Assembly: GCA_963721365.1 (NCBI GenBank)
Contig: CAVRJE010000028.1
Location: forward strand, 5,030 to 69,029
From: an uncultured Actinomycetota bacterium
Lineage (GTDB): Bacteria > Actinomycetota > Thermoleophilia > RBG-16-64-13
Direction: 5' to 3'
DNA: 64,000 bases
The notes under the pieces were generated by a model. The model was not told the DNA's origin and searched no databases. It worked only from the letters and a program-made list of their open reading frames with translations. Numbering within the stretch: position 1 is the first letter of the stretch; each line of letters opens with the position of its first letter. Of the stretch, positions 18,777 through 27,614 are shown in pieces. The translations under genes were made by a program, and so were the position numbers.

Positions 18777-19760
18777 TCAGTCTTCGATGAGGTTCTCGAG
18801 CTTCTGCAGTTCCTCGATGCGCTTCAGGCCGCCGCATTTTTCGATGTATTCCTCGAAGTTCGCGGAGCTGTAGATGTAGTGATCGAGGAACTTCGCGAAC
18901 TCTTCCGGGTCCTTCTCCACCTTGAGCCACTGGGCGAGGTGCACTTCGTCGGAGAAGTAGCAGTAGGCCATGTTGCCGGGATAGCTGCCGTAAGGAGATT
19001 CCACCACGGCATCCACCATGTAGAAGGGGATCGACGTATGTGTGGGGTCCTCGCGGATGACCGAGTTGGGAACGATCTTCTCGGTGCTGACGATCAGGTG
19101 CTTGGCGGCCCGAGCCAACTCCAGGTCGGCCACGGAGATGCCCTTGATGATCGAGTTGCCGTAGATGTCGGCCTCGTGCACGTGGATGGCCACCACATCC
19201 GGCCAGCAGGCCGGGACAGCCGCGTACTTCTTACCCGTGAATGGGCACTCGATGACTTTGGCGGCCGACATCTTGAACGTGTCGGTGCCCAGGAGGCTGC
19301 GGATGATCCCGAAGGAGACGCCGTCTGCCGCGGCTTTGAGGCGGGCGTCGAGCGCGTAGTTGGACCACTCGGTGAGTTGCACATCGCCCGACTGGATGTA
19401 CTTGCGGGCGTTCGGCGAGAGGCCGCGGGCTTCCAGGCCCACGATGTAGGCGGCGTCGCAGCGGTTGAAGCACTTGCCGGCGGCCAACACCTGGAAGTCG
19501 TGGGTGGAGGTGTGCCCCAAGAAGCCGAGATTCTTCTTACGCTGGCGGACGATCTCGTGGATGATCGAGTTGGGGATGCGGTTGGCGCCGAAGCCGCCGG
19601 CGGCGAAGTAGTCACCGTCGTGGACGAACTTCTCGACGGCTTCTTTGTCGGTCATCCGCTTGTCGACCATGGCCCGTGACTTCTGGCGGAAGAACTCGCG
19701 CGCCTTGTCCGGATCAGGGTCCGTGAAGATCGGATTGACCCCCTGGTCTAGCACTTCCAT
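18777..19760 (-). CDS. Family-I CoA-transferase subunit A (glutaconate CoA-transferase alpha-like)
   Basis: MEVLDQGVNPIFTDPDPDKAREFFRQKSRAMVDKRMTDKEAVEKFVHDGDYFAAGGFGANRIPNSIIHEIVRQRKKNLGFLGHT... The ATG at 19760 follows GGAGAGG. The ORF is uninterrupted. Confidence 0.85.
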   Translation of the reverse strand: MEVLDQGVNPIFTDPDPDKAREFFRQKSRAMVDKRMTDKEAVEKFVHDGDYFAAGGFGANRIPNSIIHEIVRQRKKNLGFLGHTSTHDFQVLAAGKCFNRCDAAYIVGLEARGLSPNARKYIQSGDVQLTEWSNYALDARLKAAADGVSFGIIRSLLGTDTFKMSAAKVIECPFTGKKYAAVPACWPDVVAIHVHEADIYGNSIIKGISVADLELARAAKHLIVSTEKIVPNSVIREDPTHTSIPFYMVDAVVESPYGSYPGNMAYCYFSDEVHLAQWLKVEKDPEEFAKFLDHYIYSSANFEEYIEKCGGLKRIEELQKLENLIED

Positions 19761-19793
19761 ATCCTCTCCTTGGCGGTCCAAAGGGTGTGAACA

Positions 19794-19952
19794 ACTCGTT
19801 TCAGAACGAAGCCACGGCCGCCTAGTGCGTGGTGGACGGTCCGATGCATCGTCCTCAGTCGCGCCCGTAGCGCTGCTACGGGCGTTCCCTGCGTCCTTGC
19901 CTCGCACTCGCCCACCACGTCCCTTGCGGCGAGGCTTCATTCCGAAACGAGT
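19794..19952 (-). promoter_or_regulatory. Structured 5' leader RNA (~160 nt, nested helices) upstream of the CoA-transferase operon; unclassified riboswitch/leader candidate
   Basis: A 20-bp closing helix joins 19794-19813 and 19933-19952 (18 Watson-Crick pairs; the 2 mismatches are G-U on the minus-strand transcript but A-C on the plus strand). A nested 8-bp helix joins 19828-19835 and 19912-19919. A 9-bp hairpin lies at 19862-19884. A downstream CCUUUGG/CCAAGG hairpin overlaps the AAGGAG ribosome-binding site. Confidence 0.35.
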
Positions 19953-20257
19953 CCTGCATCGCGGACGAGCCGCCCCCAAACGAGCACATGCCGCAGCGGC
20001 CGGGCACTGAGCCCAACCAAATTGTGAAGGCTATCACGAACACTTGCAGGCCGGAAGACGATGACAGGGAGGGAATCCCGCGCAGCGGGTCGAAGTTCCA
20101 CGCAACGGCCCGCCGCGCGGGGCCCGGAGTGGTTGTGCCGGGAGACTGCCGGCAGTATGTTTGTGCTAGTGCGTCTTGCGGTCGAGACAGCCTAGTCTCC
20201 GGCCGTTTCCGGTCTGAGGGGTGCCAGAGCGTACGGTCTGCTGAGGAGGGGGTGCGT

Positions 20258-21847
20258 ATGGCTCAGTCGACGGAAAAGCCAACCACTGAGGATGCCTCGC
20301 AGGACGAACGAGCCCGACGAAGTTTCCTTAAGCAGCACTTTGGATCGGAGTACGAGCGGGTAACGGGCTTCGGCGAGATCGTCTACGAGCACGAGGACAG
20401 GGCCGCCCGGGTGTGGTTGGCCAGCAGCGTCTTCTGGTTCGTCGTGGTCACCAGCTTCGGGCTCATCATCGCGACCGAGCTCGCCTTTCCCGAGACCTTC
20501 CGCGGCGTTTCCTGGCTGGTGTTCAGCCGCGCGCGTCCGGTCCACGTCGAAGGGGTCGTGTACGCCTGGCTCACCATGATGTACTGGGGAGCCATCACCT
20601 ACATGACACCCCGGTTGCTGGGCACCCGCAGCCTGTGGAACGAGAGGCTGGGCGTATACCTCGCGTACATCTACAACTTCGTCATCGCGGCCGGTTTCTT
20701 CGGCATCCTCACCGGCGCCTCCCAGGGCCGTGAGTGGGCGGAATTCCCCTGGCCCATCGATGTGGCCATCATCTGCATCTTCATCGCCCTCACCTTCAAC
20801 ACTCTCATGACGGTGAGCGTCCGCCGGGTGCGGCCCCTCTACGTGAGCATGTGGTGGGCCATCGCCGCGCCCATCTGGGTGACCGCCTCCATCTTCATCG
20901 AGAACGTCGTCTGGAAGCCGGGGGCCATCTGGAGCAACCCGTCCGGCGCCCTGCAGAACGGCATCCACGACGCCATGATCAACTGGTGGGGCAACCACAA
21001 CCTGTTCGGACTCTGGCTGACGCCCATCCTGGTCGCGGTGGTGTACTACTTCATCCCCCGCATCACCAACACGCCGTTGTACAGCCACACGCTGTCGCTG
21101 GTCTCGTTCTGGGGGCTCATCTTCGTCTACGCGGCGGTGGGCGACCACCACATCCTGCAGAGCCCCACGCCGGGATGGCTCAAGACGATCGCCTCGGTCA
21201 ACAGCGTCGCCATCCTCATCCCCGTGTTCGCGTTCTTCGCGAACGTGTTCCTGACCATGCGAGGGCAGTGGAACCGCTTCTTTACGAACTTGCCCCTGCG
21301 CTTTGTAATAACCGGTTTCATCTTCTACATCCTGGTCAACCTGCAGGGCGCCCTTCAGGCGATCCAGCCGTTCAACATCTACATCCACTTCACCTATTTC
21401 ATCATCGGCCACTCTCATCTGGCTCTGCTCGGGGGCTTCACCATCCTCGGCATGGGGGTGCTGTACTACGTCGTGCCGCATGTATTCAACAAGCCTGTCT
21501 ATTCGACGGGCCTGGCGGAGTGGCAGTACTGGCTGGTCACCTTCGGGTTCCTGCTGTTCTTCACGGCGGTCACCATCGCGGGCTTCGTCCAGGGCCAGGG
21601 CTGGCTCGCGGGTCAGCCCGAGGTCAACGTGCTGCCGGCCTTGAGGCTGTGGAACATCGTGCGGGCCCTGGCCGGCGGCATGATCTACGCCGGGGCCTGG
21701 ATCCAGCTCTACAACCTCGTGCGCACCTACCTCAGCGACACCAGCGCCAAGCGCCGCAGCCGCGCCGCGGCGGACAACAAGTCCTCGCGTCCTCGAAACC
21801 AAACCCGAGACCGTCGCCTGAAAGGGGGCGTGAGATGGCCGATCTGA
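20258..21847 (+). CDS. ccoN: cbb3-type (C-family) heme-copper oxidase catalytic subunit CcoN
   Basis: NWWGNHNLFGLWLTPILVAVVYYFIPR (helix VI His), FWGLIFVYAAVGDHHILQSP (CuB HH plus the C-family helix VII Tyr) and FIIGHSHLALLGGF (heme His pair). The ATG at 20258 follows GAGGAGGGGG. The ORF is uninterrupted. Confidence 0.9.
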   Translation: MAQSTEKPTTEDASQDERARRSFLKQHFGSEYERVTGFGEIVYEHEDRAARVWLASSVFWFVVVTSFGLIIATELAFPETFRGVSWLVFSRARPVHVEGVVYAWLTMMYWGAITYMTPRLLGTRSLWNERLGVYLAYIYNFVIAAGFFGILTGASQGREWAEFPWPIDVAIICIFIALTFNTLMTVSVRRVRPLYVSMWWAIAAPIWVTASIFIENVVWKPGAIWSNPSGALQNGIHDAMINWWGNHNLFGLWLTPILVAVVYYFIPRITNTPLYSHTLSLVSFWGLIFVYAAVGDHHILQSPTPGWLKTIASVNSVAILIPVFAFFANVFLTMRGQWNRFFTNLPLRFVITGFIFYILVNLQGALQAIQPFNIYIHFTYFIIGHSHLALLGGFTILGMGVLYYVVPHVFNKPVYSTGLAEWQYWLVTFGFLLFFTAVTIAGFVQGQGWLAGQPEVNVLPALRLWNIVRALAGGMIYAGAWIQLYNLVRTYLSDTSAKRRSRAAADNKSSRPRNQTRDRRLKGGVRWPI

Positions 21848-23287
21848 GCAACTGGCTGCCGACCTATCAGAACGTTCCCCCGAGTTGGGCGCCACATCCG
21901 CGCAAGCGGATGCTGATGACGCCGCTCCTGGTGTTCCTGGGAGGGATATTCGCCTTCGCCGTGCCGACGCTCGTGGCGGCGTTCTTCCAACTGATGTTCT
22001 TCAACGCCCCCATCTCCGAACAACTGGTCGCCCCTGACGGCCTCGGCCATCGAGGGCAAGAAGGTCTTCGTGGCCAACGGCTGCATCTACTGCCACAGCG
22101 GTTACACCCGCCCGCAGGACGTGCGGACCGGCCTCATGTACTTGTATCCCCGCATCTCCATGCCCGGGGACTTCGTCAGCGACGACTCGAGCCCCAACGT
22201 GTTCGGCACGGCGCGCATCGGACCCGACCTCAGCCAGGAGAGCGGCTTCCACCCCGACGACTGGGAGAGGGCGCACTTCGCCGATCCCCGGTTCGTGGAG
22301 CCCATGTCGATCATGCCGAGCTTCAGCTTCCTCACCGACAAGCAGGTGGACGACCTCTCCACCTATCTGCAGCTGCGGGCCGGCAAGAACGGGCTGGTGC
22401 GCTACGCCGGCCAGATCTACGCCAAGAAGATACAGCTGGTATCGCAAGGCGTCGCCGGACCCACCTCCTCGGGTTCCAGGCGTCCAAGCTCACCCTCGAC
22501 GACGCGGTGGCCGTCGGCGACGAACGCCACGCCGCCTGACGGGCAGGTGTTCGGACTGGATTGGCCGGCCCCGCTCAACATCTGGCTCGTCGACCGGTCG
22601 TACTGGCTGGCCGACAACCCGCTGCCGGTCACGACCGACAACCTGCTGCAGGGCCGGCTCATCTTCCAGCAGCGCTGCATCGGCTGCCACGGAGAGAAGG
22701 GCGACGCGGTCAGCGAGGCGGCGAAGTTCCTGCGGCCGCAGCCCATCGACTTCACCAGCACCGACGACGCCTCCGGCGGTGACGACACCTCGCCGGGGAT
22801 GCTCTACTACCGCGTGCTGCGCGGCATCGAAGGCAGCGGCATGGAGAACTTCGGCAGCCGGCTACGCGTCGACGACATCTGGCGGGTGGTCCTGTTCCTC
22901 AAGACCATCCCCAACGGCGGCTCTGGACAAGGACAAGGTGCCCACCCCCGATATGTACATCCAGTGGCGCCCGTCGGCGGGCACGCTCGCCCTCGTGAAG
23001 GCCATGCCCATCGAGGACAACAAGAACTTCGTCGAAGACGACGCCGACCGACCGATCCCTGGATGCTCGAAGCCCGCCGCGTCCTGGCCGGCCTCAACGA
23101 CACCGACAAGTTCGACCTCCCGGCTACGGCGAGATCTCTCTCGCCAAGGCCCGCGAGGACATCAAGGCCATCTACGACCAGCTGCTCGAACCAGGGCTGG
23201 AACGACTACTTCGCTCGCGGCGGCTCGCCCAGCCCACCGCCGGCTCAGAAGGACATCCCGCCCGATCTGACCCTCGACCTGCGCTAG
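21835..23287 (+). pseudogene. ccoO: CcoO (FixO)-like monoheme subunit fused to a second cytochrome c domain and a C-terminal extension; at least 5 frame changes
   Basis: MADLSNWLPTYQNVPPSWAPHPRKRMLMTPLLVFLGGIFAFAVPTLVAAFF (TM anchor), then ASAIEGKKVFVANGCIYCHSGYTRPQD...ARIGPDLSQESGFHPDDWERAHFADPRFVEPMSIMPSFSFL (FixO signature). A second CIGCHGEKGD heme site follows, with ...LYYRVLRGIEGSGMENFG. The pieces are spread over all three plus frames (shifts near 22040, 22455, 22535, 22920, 23060-23190). Confidence 0.75.
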
Positions 23288-23302
23288 AAGGAGGTACGAG
23301 AC

Positions 23303-23551
23303 ATGACTGTCGGTCCATTCGAAGCACAACTTCTAGCGTCGTCGGTTCTGGCCATGCCCGCCATCGGCATCCTGCTCTTCGCGGTGTTCCGCGGTCATTT
23401 CCGCCGGCAGGAGGCGGCCAAGTACGCCGTCTTCACCGCCCGGGACGCGCAGGAGGACTTCTGGGACAACGACTGGAACGAGCGCCACGGGCGTCCGGCC
23501 GAGCCGCCCAAGACGCGGCCGATGCCGAGGAAAGGGGGGCGGGCGGCATGA
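23303..23551 (+). CDS. Small single-TM protein in the oxidase cluster (weak CcoS/FixS-like look)
   Basis: MTVGPFEAQLLASSVLAMPAIGILLFAVFRGHFRRQEAAKYAVF... The ATG lies 6 nt after GAAGGAGG. Its stop overlaps the next start (ATGA at 23548). Confidence 0.6.
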   Translation: MTVGPFEAQLLASSVLAMPAIGILLFAVFRGHFRRQEAAKYAVFTARDAQEDFWDNDWNERHGRPAEPPKTRPMPRKGGRAA

Positions 23552-24048
23552 CGACGGATACGGCAGTCGCAGGTCGCGCGGGATCATCCGCTTCTACCTC
23601 GCCGGCGCAGCGGTCTACCTGCTGCTCGGAGCGCTCCTGGCCGTTCCGGCCTACGCCACCGAGAACACGCTCAACCCGCTCGTCCCGGTGCCTGCGCACA
23701 CCACCAAGGTGCCCACGGGCTCCGACGACGCATCCGTGAAAGCGTACTACGACTACCTCAACCTGGAGCACGCCAGCACGCTCAAGGAGACGTACCACTT
23801 CAACTGGCAGAACTTCATCGTCACCTACGCCGTGATCGCGGCGGCGCTCATCTCCGTGTACTTCTTCGCCTTCGCCTGGTACGCCAAACGGCGGTCCGGG
23901 AGATCTCTACCCGGTGGAGGTCTTCAACGGGGTGATAACCGAGCGCGCCGGTCCGATCGATGCCTTCAACTACGCGGTCTGGAGCATTCTCGGGATCTAC
24001 ATGGTCTGGTACATCGTGATCCAGCTCATCTACGGGCAGATCTACTAG
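23548..24048 (+). pseudogene. Hypothetical 3-TM membrane protein of the oxidase cluster, two frame changes (~23575, ~23900)
   Basis: MTTDTAVAGR / IIRFYLAGAAVYLLLGALLAVPAYATENTLNPLVPVPAHTTKVPTGSDDASVKAYYDYLNLEHASTLKETYHFNWQNFIVTYAVIAAALISVYFFAFAWYAKRRSG / DLYPVEVFNGVITERAGPIDAFNYAVWSILGIYMVWYIVIQLIYGQIY-stop. Confidence 0.55.
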
Positions 24049-24089
24049 CGCGCGAGCCGTCGAAGCGACCAGCAAAGGAAGAGCAGACG

Positions 24090-24477
24090 ATGGAAGAAGT
24101 CAAAGACTATCGCATGAGGAGACACTTCCAGCGGCTCATCGACGAGGGCCTCGGCGGGACTCGTTACAAAGAGTACGAGATCGCGCCTTACGCGCTTATC
24201 GTGCGGGCCAAGATGCCGCCCGACCTGTGGAGCGGCGTCTTCTACTCGTGGCTGTCCATGAAGGGACATCTCCAGGGCATGCACGGGTTCGACCGCACGC
24301 AGATGTTCGCCGCCCGGGAGGACGACACGGTCACCGCCACCTTCATCACCGTCTGGGACCGCGCCGAGACCATGTATCAGTGGTTGGAAGGCGGCTACCC
24401 GGTCCCGGACATGCTGGAGGCCATGGGCGTGTCCGGAGGACATGATCGAGCTGGAACTGGTCAGGGACTACTCGTGA
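24090..24477 (+). pseudogene. Hypothetical soluble ~128-aa protein, one frame change (~24435)
   Basis: MEEVKDYRMRRHFQRLIDEGLGGTRYKEYEIAPYALIVRAKMPPDLWSGVFYSWLSMKGHLQGMHGFDRTQMFAAREDDTVTATFITVWDRAETMYQWLEGGYPVPDMLEAMGV, then EDMIELELVRDYS-stop in the next frame. The ATG follows AAAGGAAGAG. Confidence 0.5.
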
Positions 24478-24517
24478 CCACCGGCTGTCTCGAGCCCGCA
24501 CGAGAGGAGCGAGCGTC

Positions 24518-24721
24518 ATGACGGATCAAGAAGAGCTGATGGCGCAGAACCGGATGGAGGAGATGGCCTTCACCGCGACCCTGCAAAAGGAATACGAGCG
24601 CGAGGACGAGCGATACAACACGGCCAGCCAGGCGCGCGACTGGCTCATCCTCGTCACCATCGGCGTGCTCCAGTTCGCGTGGATGCTCGTCGTGTTCCTG
24701 GTGGAGCCCGGGATACGCTGA
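24518..24721 (+). CDS. Small protein with a C-terminal TM helix (oxidase cluster)
   Basis: 67-aa ORF MTDQEELMAQNRMEEMAFTATLQKEYEREDERYNTASQARDWLILVTIGVLQFAWMLVVFLVEPGIR. GAGAGGAG lies upstream. Confidence 0.55.
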   Translation: MTDQEELMAQNRMEEMAFTATLQKEYEREDERYNTASQARDWLILVTIGVLQFAWMLVVFLVEPGIR

Positions 24722-24740
24722 GAACTGGGAGGCGACGGGC

Positions 24741-24866
24741 GTGAACTTCGTCTTTGGGACTCTTGCCGGTCTCGTCGTCGTCTTCGCCCTGGTCGGCCTG
24801 GGGGTGATGGTCGGAGCGCTGCGATCGGCCAGAGCGGAACGTTTGGCGGCCGAGGCGCGGCGGTGA
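24741..24866 (+). CDS. Candidate 41-aa single-TM micro-protein (below the ORF-track cutoff)
   Basis: The GTG at 24741 lies 8 nt after GGGAGG. It reads VNFVFGTLAGLVVVFALVGLGVMVGALRSARAERLAAEARR-stop. Confidence 0.35.
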   Translation: MNFVFGTLAGLVVVFALVGLGVMVGALRSARAERLAAEARR

Positions 24867-24909
24867 TGACTTCTCCCTTCGCGCTCGGATAGACCGCTAT
24901 GTCGGCCCC

Positions 24910-25770
24910 GTGGATCCGAACGTGGCCCTGCTCAACCGCCCCGGCCGCGTGGCTGCCGAGTTCTTTTGCGCTCTATGCGGCTTTCCCGGGCTGGGCTGGC
25001 TGCTGTCGGGAAGCGTGTTCGCCGGGCTGGTGCTGATCTGTGCGGTGCCAGGGGTGGTCTGGGGCGGGTATCCCGCCTTTCTGGTCATGACTGGCAGGAT
25101 GGCCGACGGTCCCTTCATCGCGGTGCAGTATCTTCCCGGGCTCGCGCTCGGTTCGTCCGCGCTGCTGGCCTACCGGGAGATCCAGTTGTCAAGGAGCAGC
25201 GCAGGCGCAAGGCGCGAGACCGCAGCGCGGCCGCCAGGTGCCAAGACCGAAGGCCGGTCGATGACCACCGATAGCGCTCCGCTCGACCTGCAGGCGCCCC
25301 CTCGACTGACCACCAAGGCGAAGGTGGTCATCCTCTGCTCGCTGGTGCCCGTGTTCATCGCGGTCGCTGTCTTGCCGTTCATCCTCCTCGCGGTGCCGGA
25401 CCCCCATCCTGTGAAGATCCCCGGGCTGGCCGGCGAGGTCAGCGGCACCTACGTGCAGCGGCAAGACGGCTTTTACAAGCTCTTCCCCTACACGGCCCCG
25501 ATGCCGTCGTTTCCAGCGGACGCTCTGGTGGTGGACGATCCTCGGCCTCAGGTGACGGTCAAGTTCCGGCAGCTCGATTTCCTGAGCAACTACGGGATCA
25601 CCAGCTACACCGACTCTCGGGAGATAACGGTGGACAAGGTGGTGGACGAGGCCGCCAAGACCCTCAGTCTGCGACCCGTAAGCGCGCTCGACCCCGGTGA
25701 GTACGTCATTGCGGCATCCCGTGACGGCGCCGATGGTGGAGAAGACTACTTCTACTTCTCGGTCCCCTAG
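24910..25770 (+). CDS. Hypothetical membrane protein (3 TM helices plus C-terminal soluble domain)
   Basis: Uninterrupted 286-aa ORF with TM segments FFCALCGFPGLGWLLSGSVFAGLVLICAVPGVVW and VVILCSLVPVFIAVAVLPFILLAV. There is no obvious ribosome-binding site, so the start is uncertain. Confidence 0.55.
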   Translation: MDPNVALLNRPGRVAAEFFCALCGFPGLGWLLSGSVFAGLVLICAVPGVVWGGYPAFLVMTGRMADGPFIAVQYLPGLALGSSALLAYREIQLSRSSAGARRETAARPPGAKTEGRSMTTDSAPLDLQAPPRLTTKAKVVILCSLVPVFIAVAVLPFILLAVPDPHPVKIPGLAGEVSGTYVQRQDGFYKLFPYTAPMPSFPADALVVDDPRPQVTVKFRQLDFLSNYGITSYTDSREITVDKVVDEAAKTLSLRPVSALDPGEYVIAASRDGADGGEDYFYFSVP

Positions 25771-25779
25771 GCGCGGATC

Positions 25780-27609
25780 GTGTCCAGGCCGATGCGATCG
25801 CTCGTCCTCGCCCTGGCGCTGGCCGGCGCATTGGCTGTCGCCATGCTCGTCCCGGGGTCGCCGGCCTACGCCCACACGGAGCTCGTACTTCGCCAGCTCG
25901 TCGGCGGCACCACTGACAGACCGGCGCAGCTGCTTCTCCGGTTCAGCGAACCCATCGACGGCCGCTTCCTGACCGTTGACATTCTCGGACCGGCCGGGCA
26001 GTCGCCGGCAGCGGTCAGCATCGATCCGCAGCACCGTACCGATGGCCTGGTGGACGTCTCCGGGCTCGCGCATGGGGTCTACTCGGTCGCTTGGTGGACA
26101 CGGGCATTGGACGGCGACCCTTCGAACGGCAGCTTCATCCTGGGGATAGGGACCGCTGTGGATCCCGTCGCCCTCCTTCCCCCCGTCGGGGCGCGCGACC
26201 CGGCTACCCAGCCGGCCATGTTCTACGGCGACACCGCCTGGGACGCCATCATCCACTGGCTCATCTATCTCGGGGCCGGCCTCATGGTGGGCAGCCTCGG
26301 ATTCGCACTGGTGGTCTGGAGCCCCACGGTCCGCGGGCGAGCTGCGGGAGCCACTCCCGAACTGATGGACGCCCGGCTGGCCCGGATCCTACGTTCGTTG
26401 GCCCTGGCAGGTGGCGCGCTGTTCCTTTTCGCGAATCTCCTGCTCTTTGTCATGCAGTTGGAGTTCATCCGCTATGCGATCCTCCAGCCCCTCCCGGCGG
26501 TGGCCCCCACCCCACTCACACCCTCGACGCTCTCCCACGCGGCTCCCTATCAGACGGCCGCCGACATCTTTCGCGGCTACAACGGCGCAGTGTGGATCAG
26601 CCGGATAGTCCTGTCCTTAGCGGCGCTGGCGCTGTCGTTCCGGCTGACGGCTTCGGTTACCCGCCGCCCGTGGCGCTGGCGCGCAGCGTTCGTCATCGGG
26701 CTGGGAATGCTCGTGACGATGAGCCTCACAGCTCACGCGGCCGTGGTCCCGCAGTCGCGGTACGCGGTGGTGATCGACTGGACCCACCTCACCGCCATGT
26801 CTCTCTGGTTGGGGGGGTTGTTGCCGCTTCTCCTCGCCCTCCGCGAGCTCCGGCGGCAGGAAGCGGTGGGCCCGCAGAGCGCCGGTGAGGACCACGGACT
26901 GCGGATCGCCGTGGTGCGCCGTTTCTCCACCATGGCATTGGTAGCCGTCATCTGGCTGGCCGCCACCGGGCTGTTTGCCGCGTTCCTCCACGTGCGCGAC
27001 CCCGCGCTCCTCGGCCCCACCACGTACGGGCGGACCCTCATAGCCAAACTGGTGCTCTTCGCGGCGCTCTTCGGCCTGGGAGCCGTCCATAGGCGCGTAT
27101 CCATCCCCCGGCTCAACAGCGGCGTCAAGGCGCAGCGCTCGGCCATAGAGCGCATCCTCCCTTTCGAGATGGGGGTCGGATCCTTACTACTCGCAGCGGT
27201 GGCGCTCATGGTGAGCCTGGGCACCAGCGCCGCGGTGTGGCCCGCACACCAGGCCCTGGGCTTGACCACCACCTCGGCCAGCGGCCAGGTGACCGTCACG
27301 CTACGCGCCGTCACCGGCAAGGCCGGAGAGAACGCCGTCGCCCTGGACGTTGCCGATCGCCGTTCGGGCGCAGCGACCACCGCGGGGCAGGTGACTCTCA
27401 AGATCGCCGGACAGAGCCTTGCCCTTAGCCCGGCCGGCCCGCTCGTCACAGGGACAGTTCAAAGGTTTGTCTCCACGGACATGGTGCAACTGCCGGAGGG
27501 CAAGAACACGGCGACCTACACCATCTCAAGGCCTTCGTATCCCGATGTCGCAGGCTCGATCCCCCTTGATGTGCCCCCCGCGCTGAGTCCCGCTCCCCCC
27601 GAGAAATAG
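25780..27609 (+). CDS. CopC-CopD fusion protein (YcnJ-like copper handling membrane protein)
   Basis: A signal peptide ends ...SPAYA, followed by HTELV (mature N-terminal His of CopC). A beta-sandwich domain (GVYSVAWWTRALDGDPSNGSF) and about 8 TM helices typical of CopD follow. The 609-aa ORF is uninterrupted. Confidence 0.8.
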   Translation: MSRPMRSLVLALALAGALAVAMLVPGSPAYAHTELVLRQLVGGTTDRPAQLLLRFSEPIDGRFLTVDILGPAGQSPAAVSIDPQHRTDGLVDVSGLAHGVYSVAWWTRALDGDPSNGSFILGIGTAVDPVALLPPVGARDPATQPAMFYGDTAWDAIIHWLIYLGAGLMVGSLGFALVVWSPTVRGRAAGATPELMDARLARILRSLALAGGALFLFANLLLFVMQLEFIRYAILQPLPAVAPTPLTPSTLSHAAPYQTAADIFRGYNGAVWISRIVLSLAALALSFRLTASVTRRPWRWRAAFVIGLGMLVTMSLTAHAAVVPQSRYAVVIDWTHLTAMSLWLGGLLPLLLALRELRRQEAVGPQSAGEDHGLRIAVVRRFSTMALVAVIWLAATGLFAAFLHVRDPALLGPTTYGRTLIAKLVLFAALFGLGAVHRRVSIPRLNSGVKAQRSAIERILPFEMGVGSLLLAAVALMVSLGTSAAVWPAHQALGLTTTSASGQVTVTLRAVTGKAGENAVALDVADRRSGAATTAGQVTLKIAGQSLALSPAGPLVTGTVQRFVSTDMVQLPEGKNTATYTISRPSYPDVAGSIPLDVPPALSPAPPEK

Positions 27610-27614
27610 GGCGC

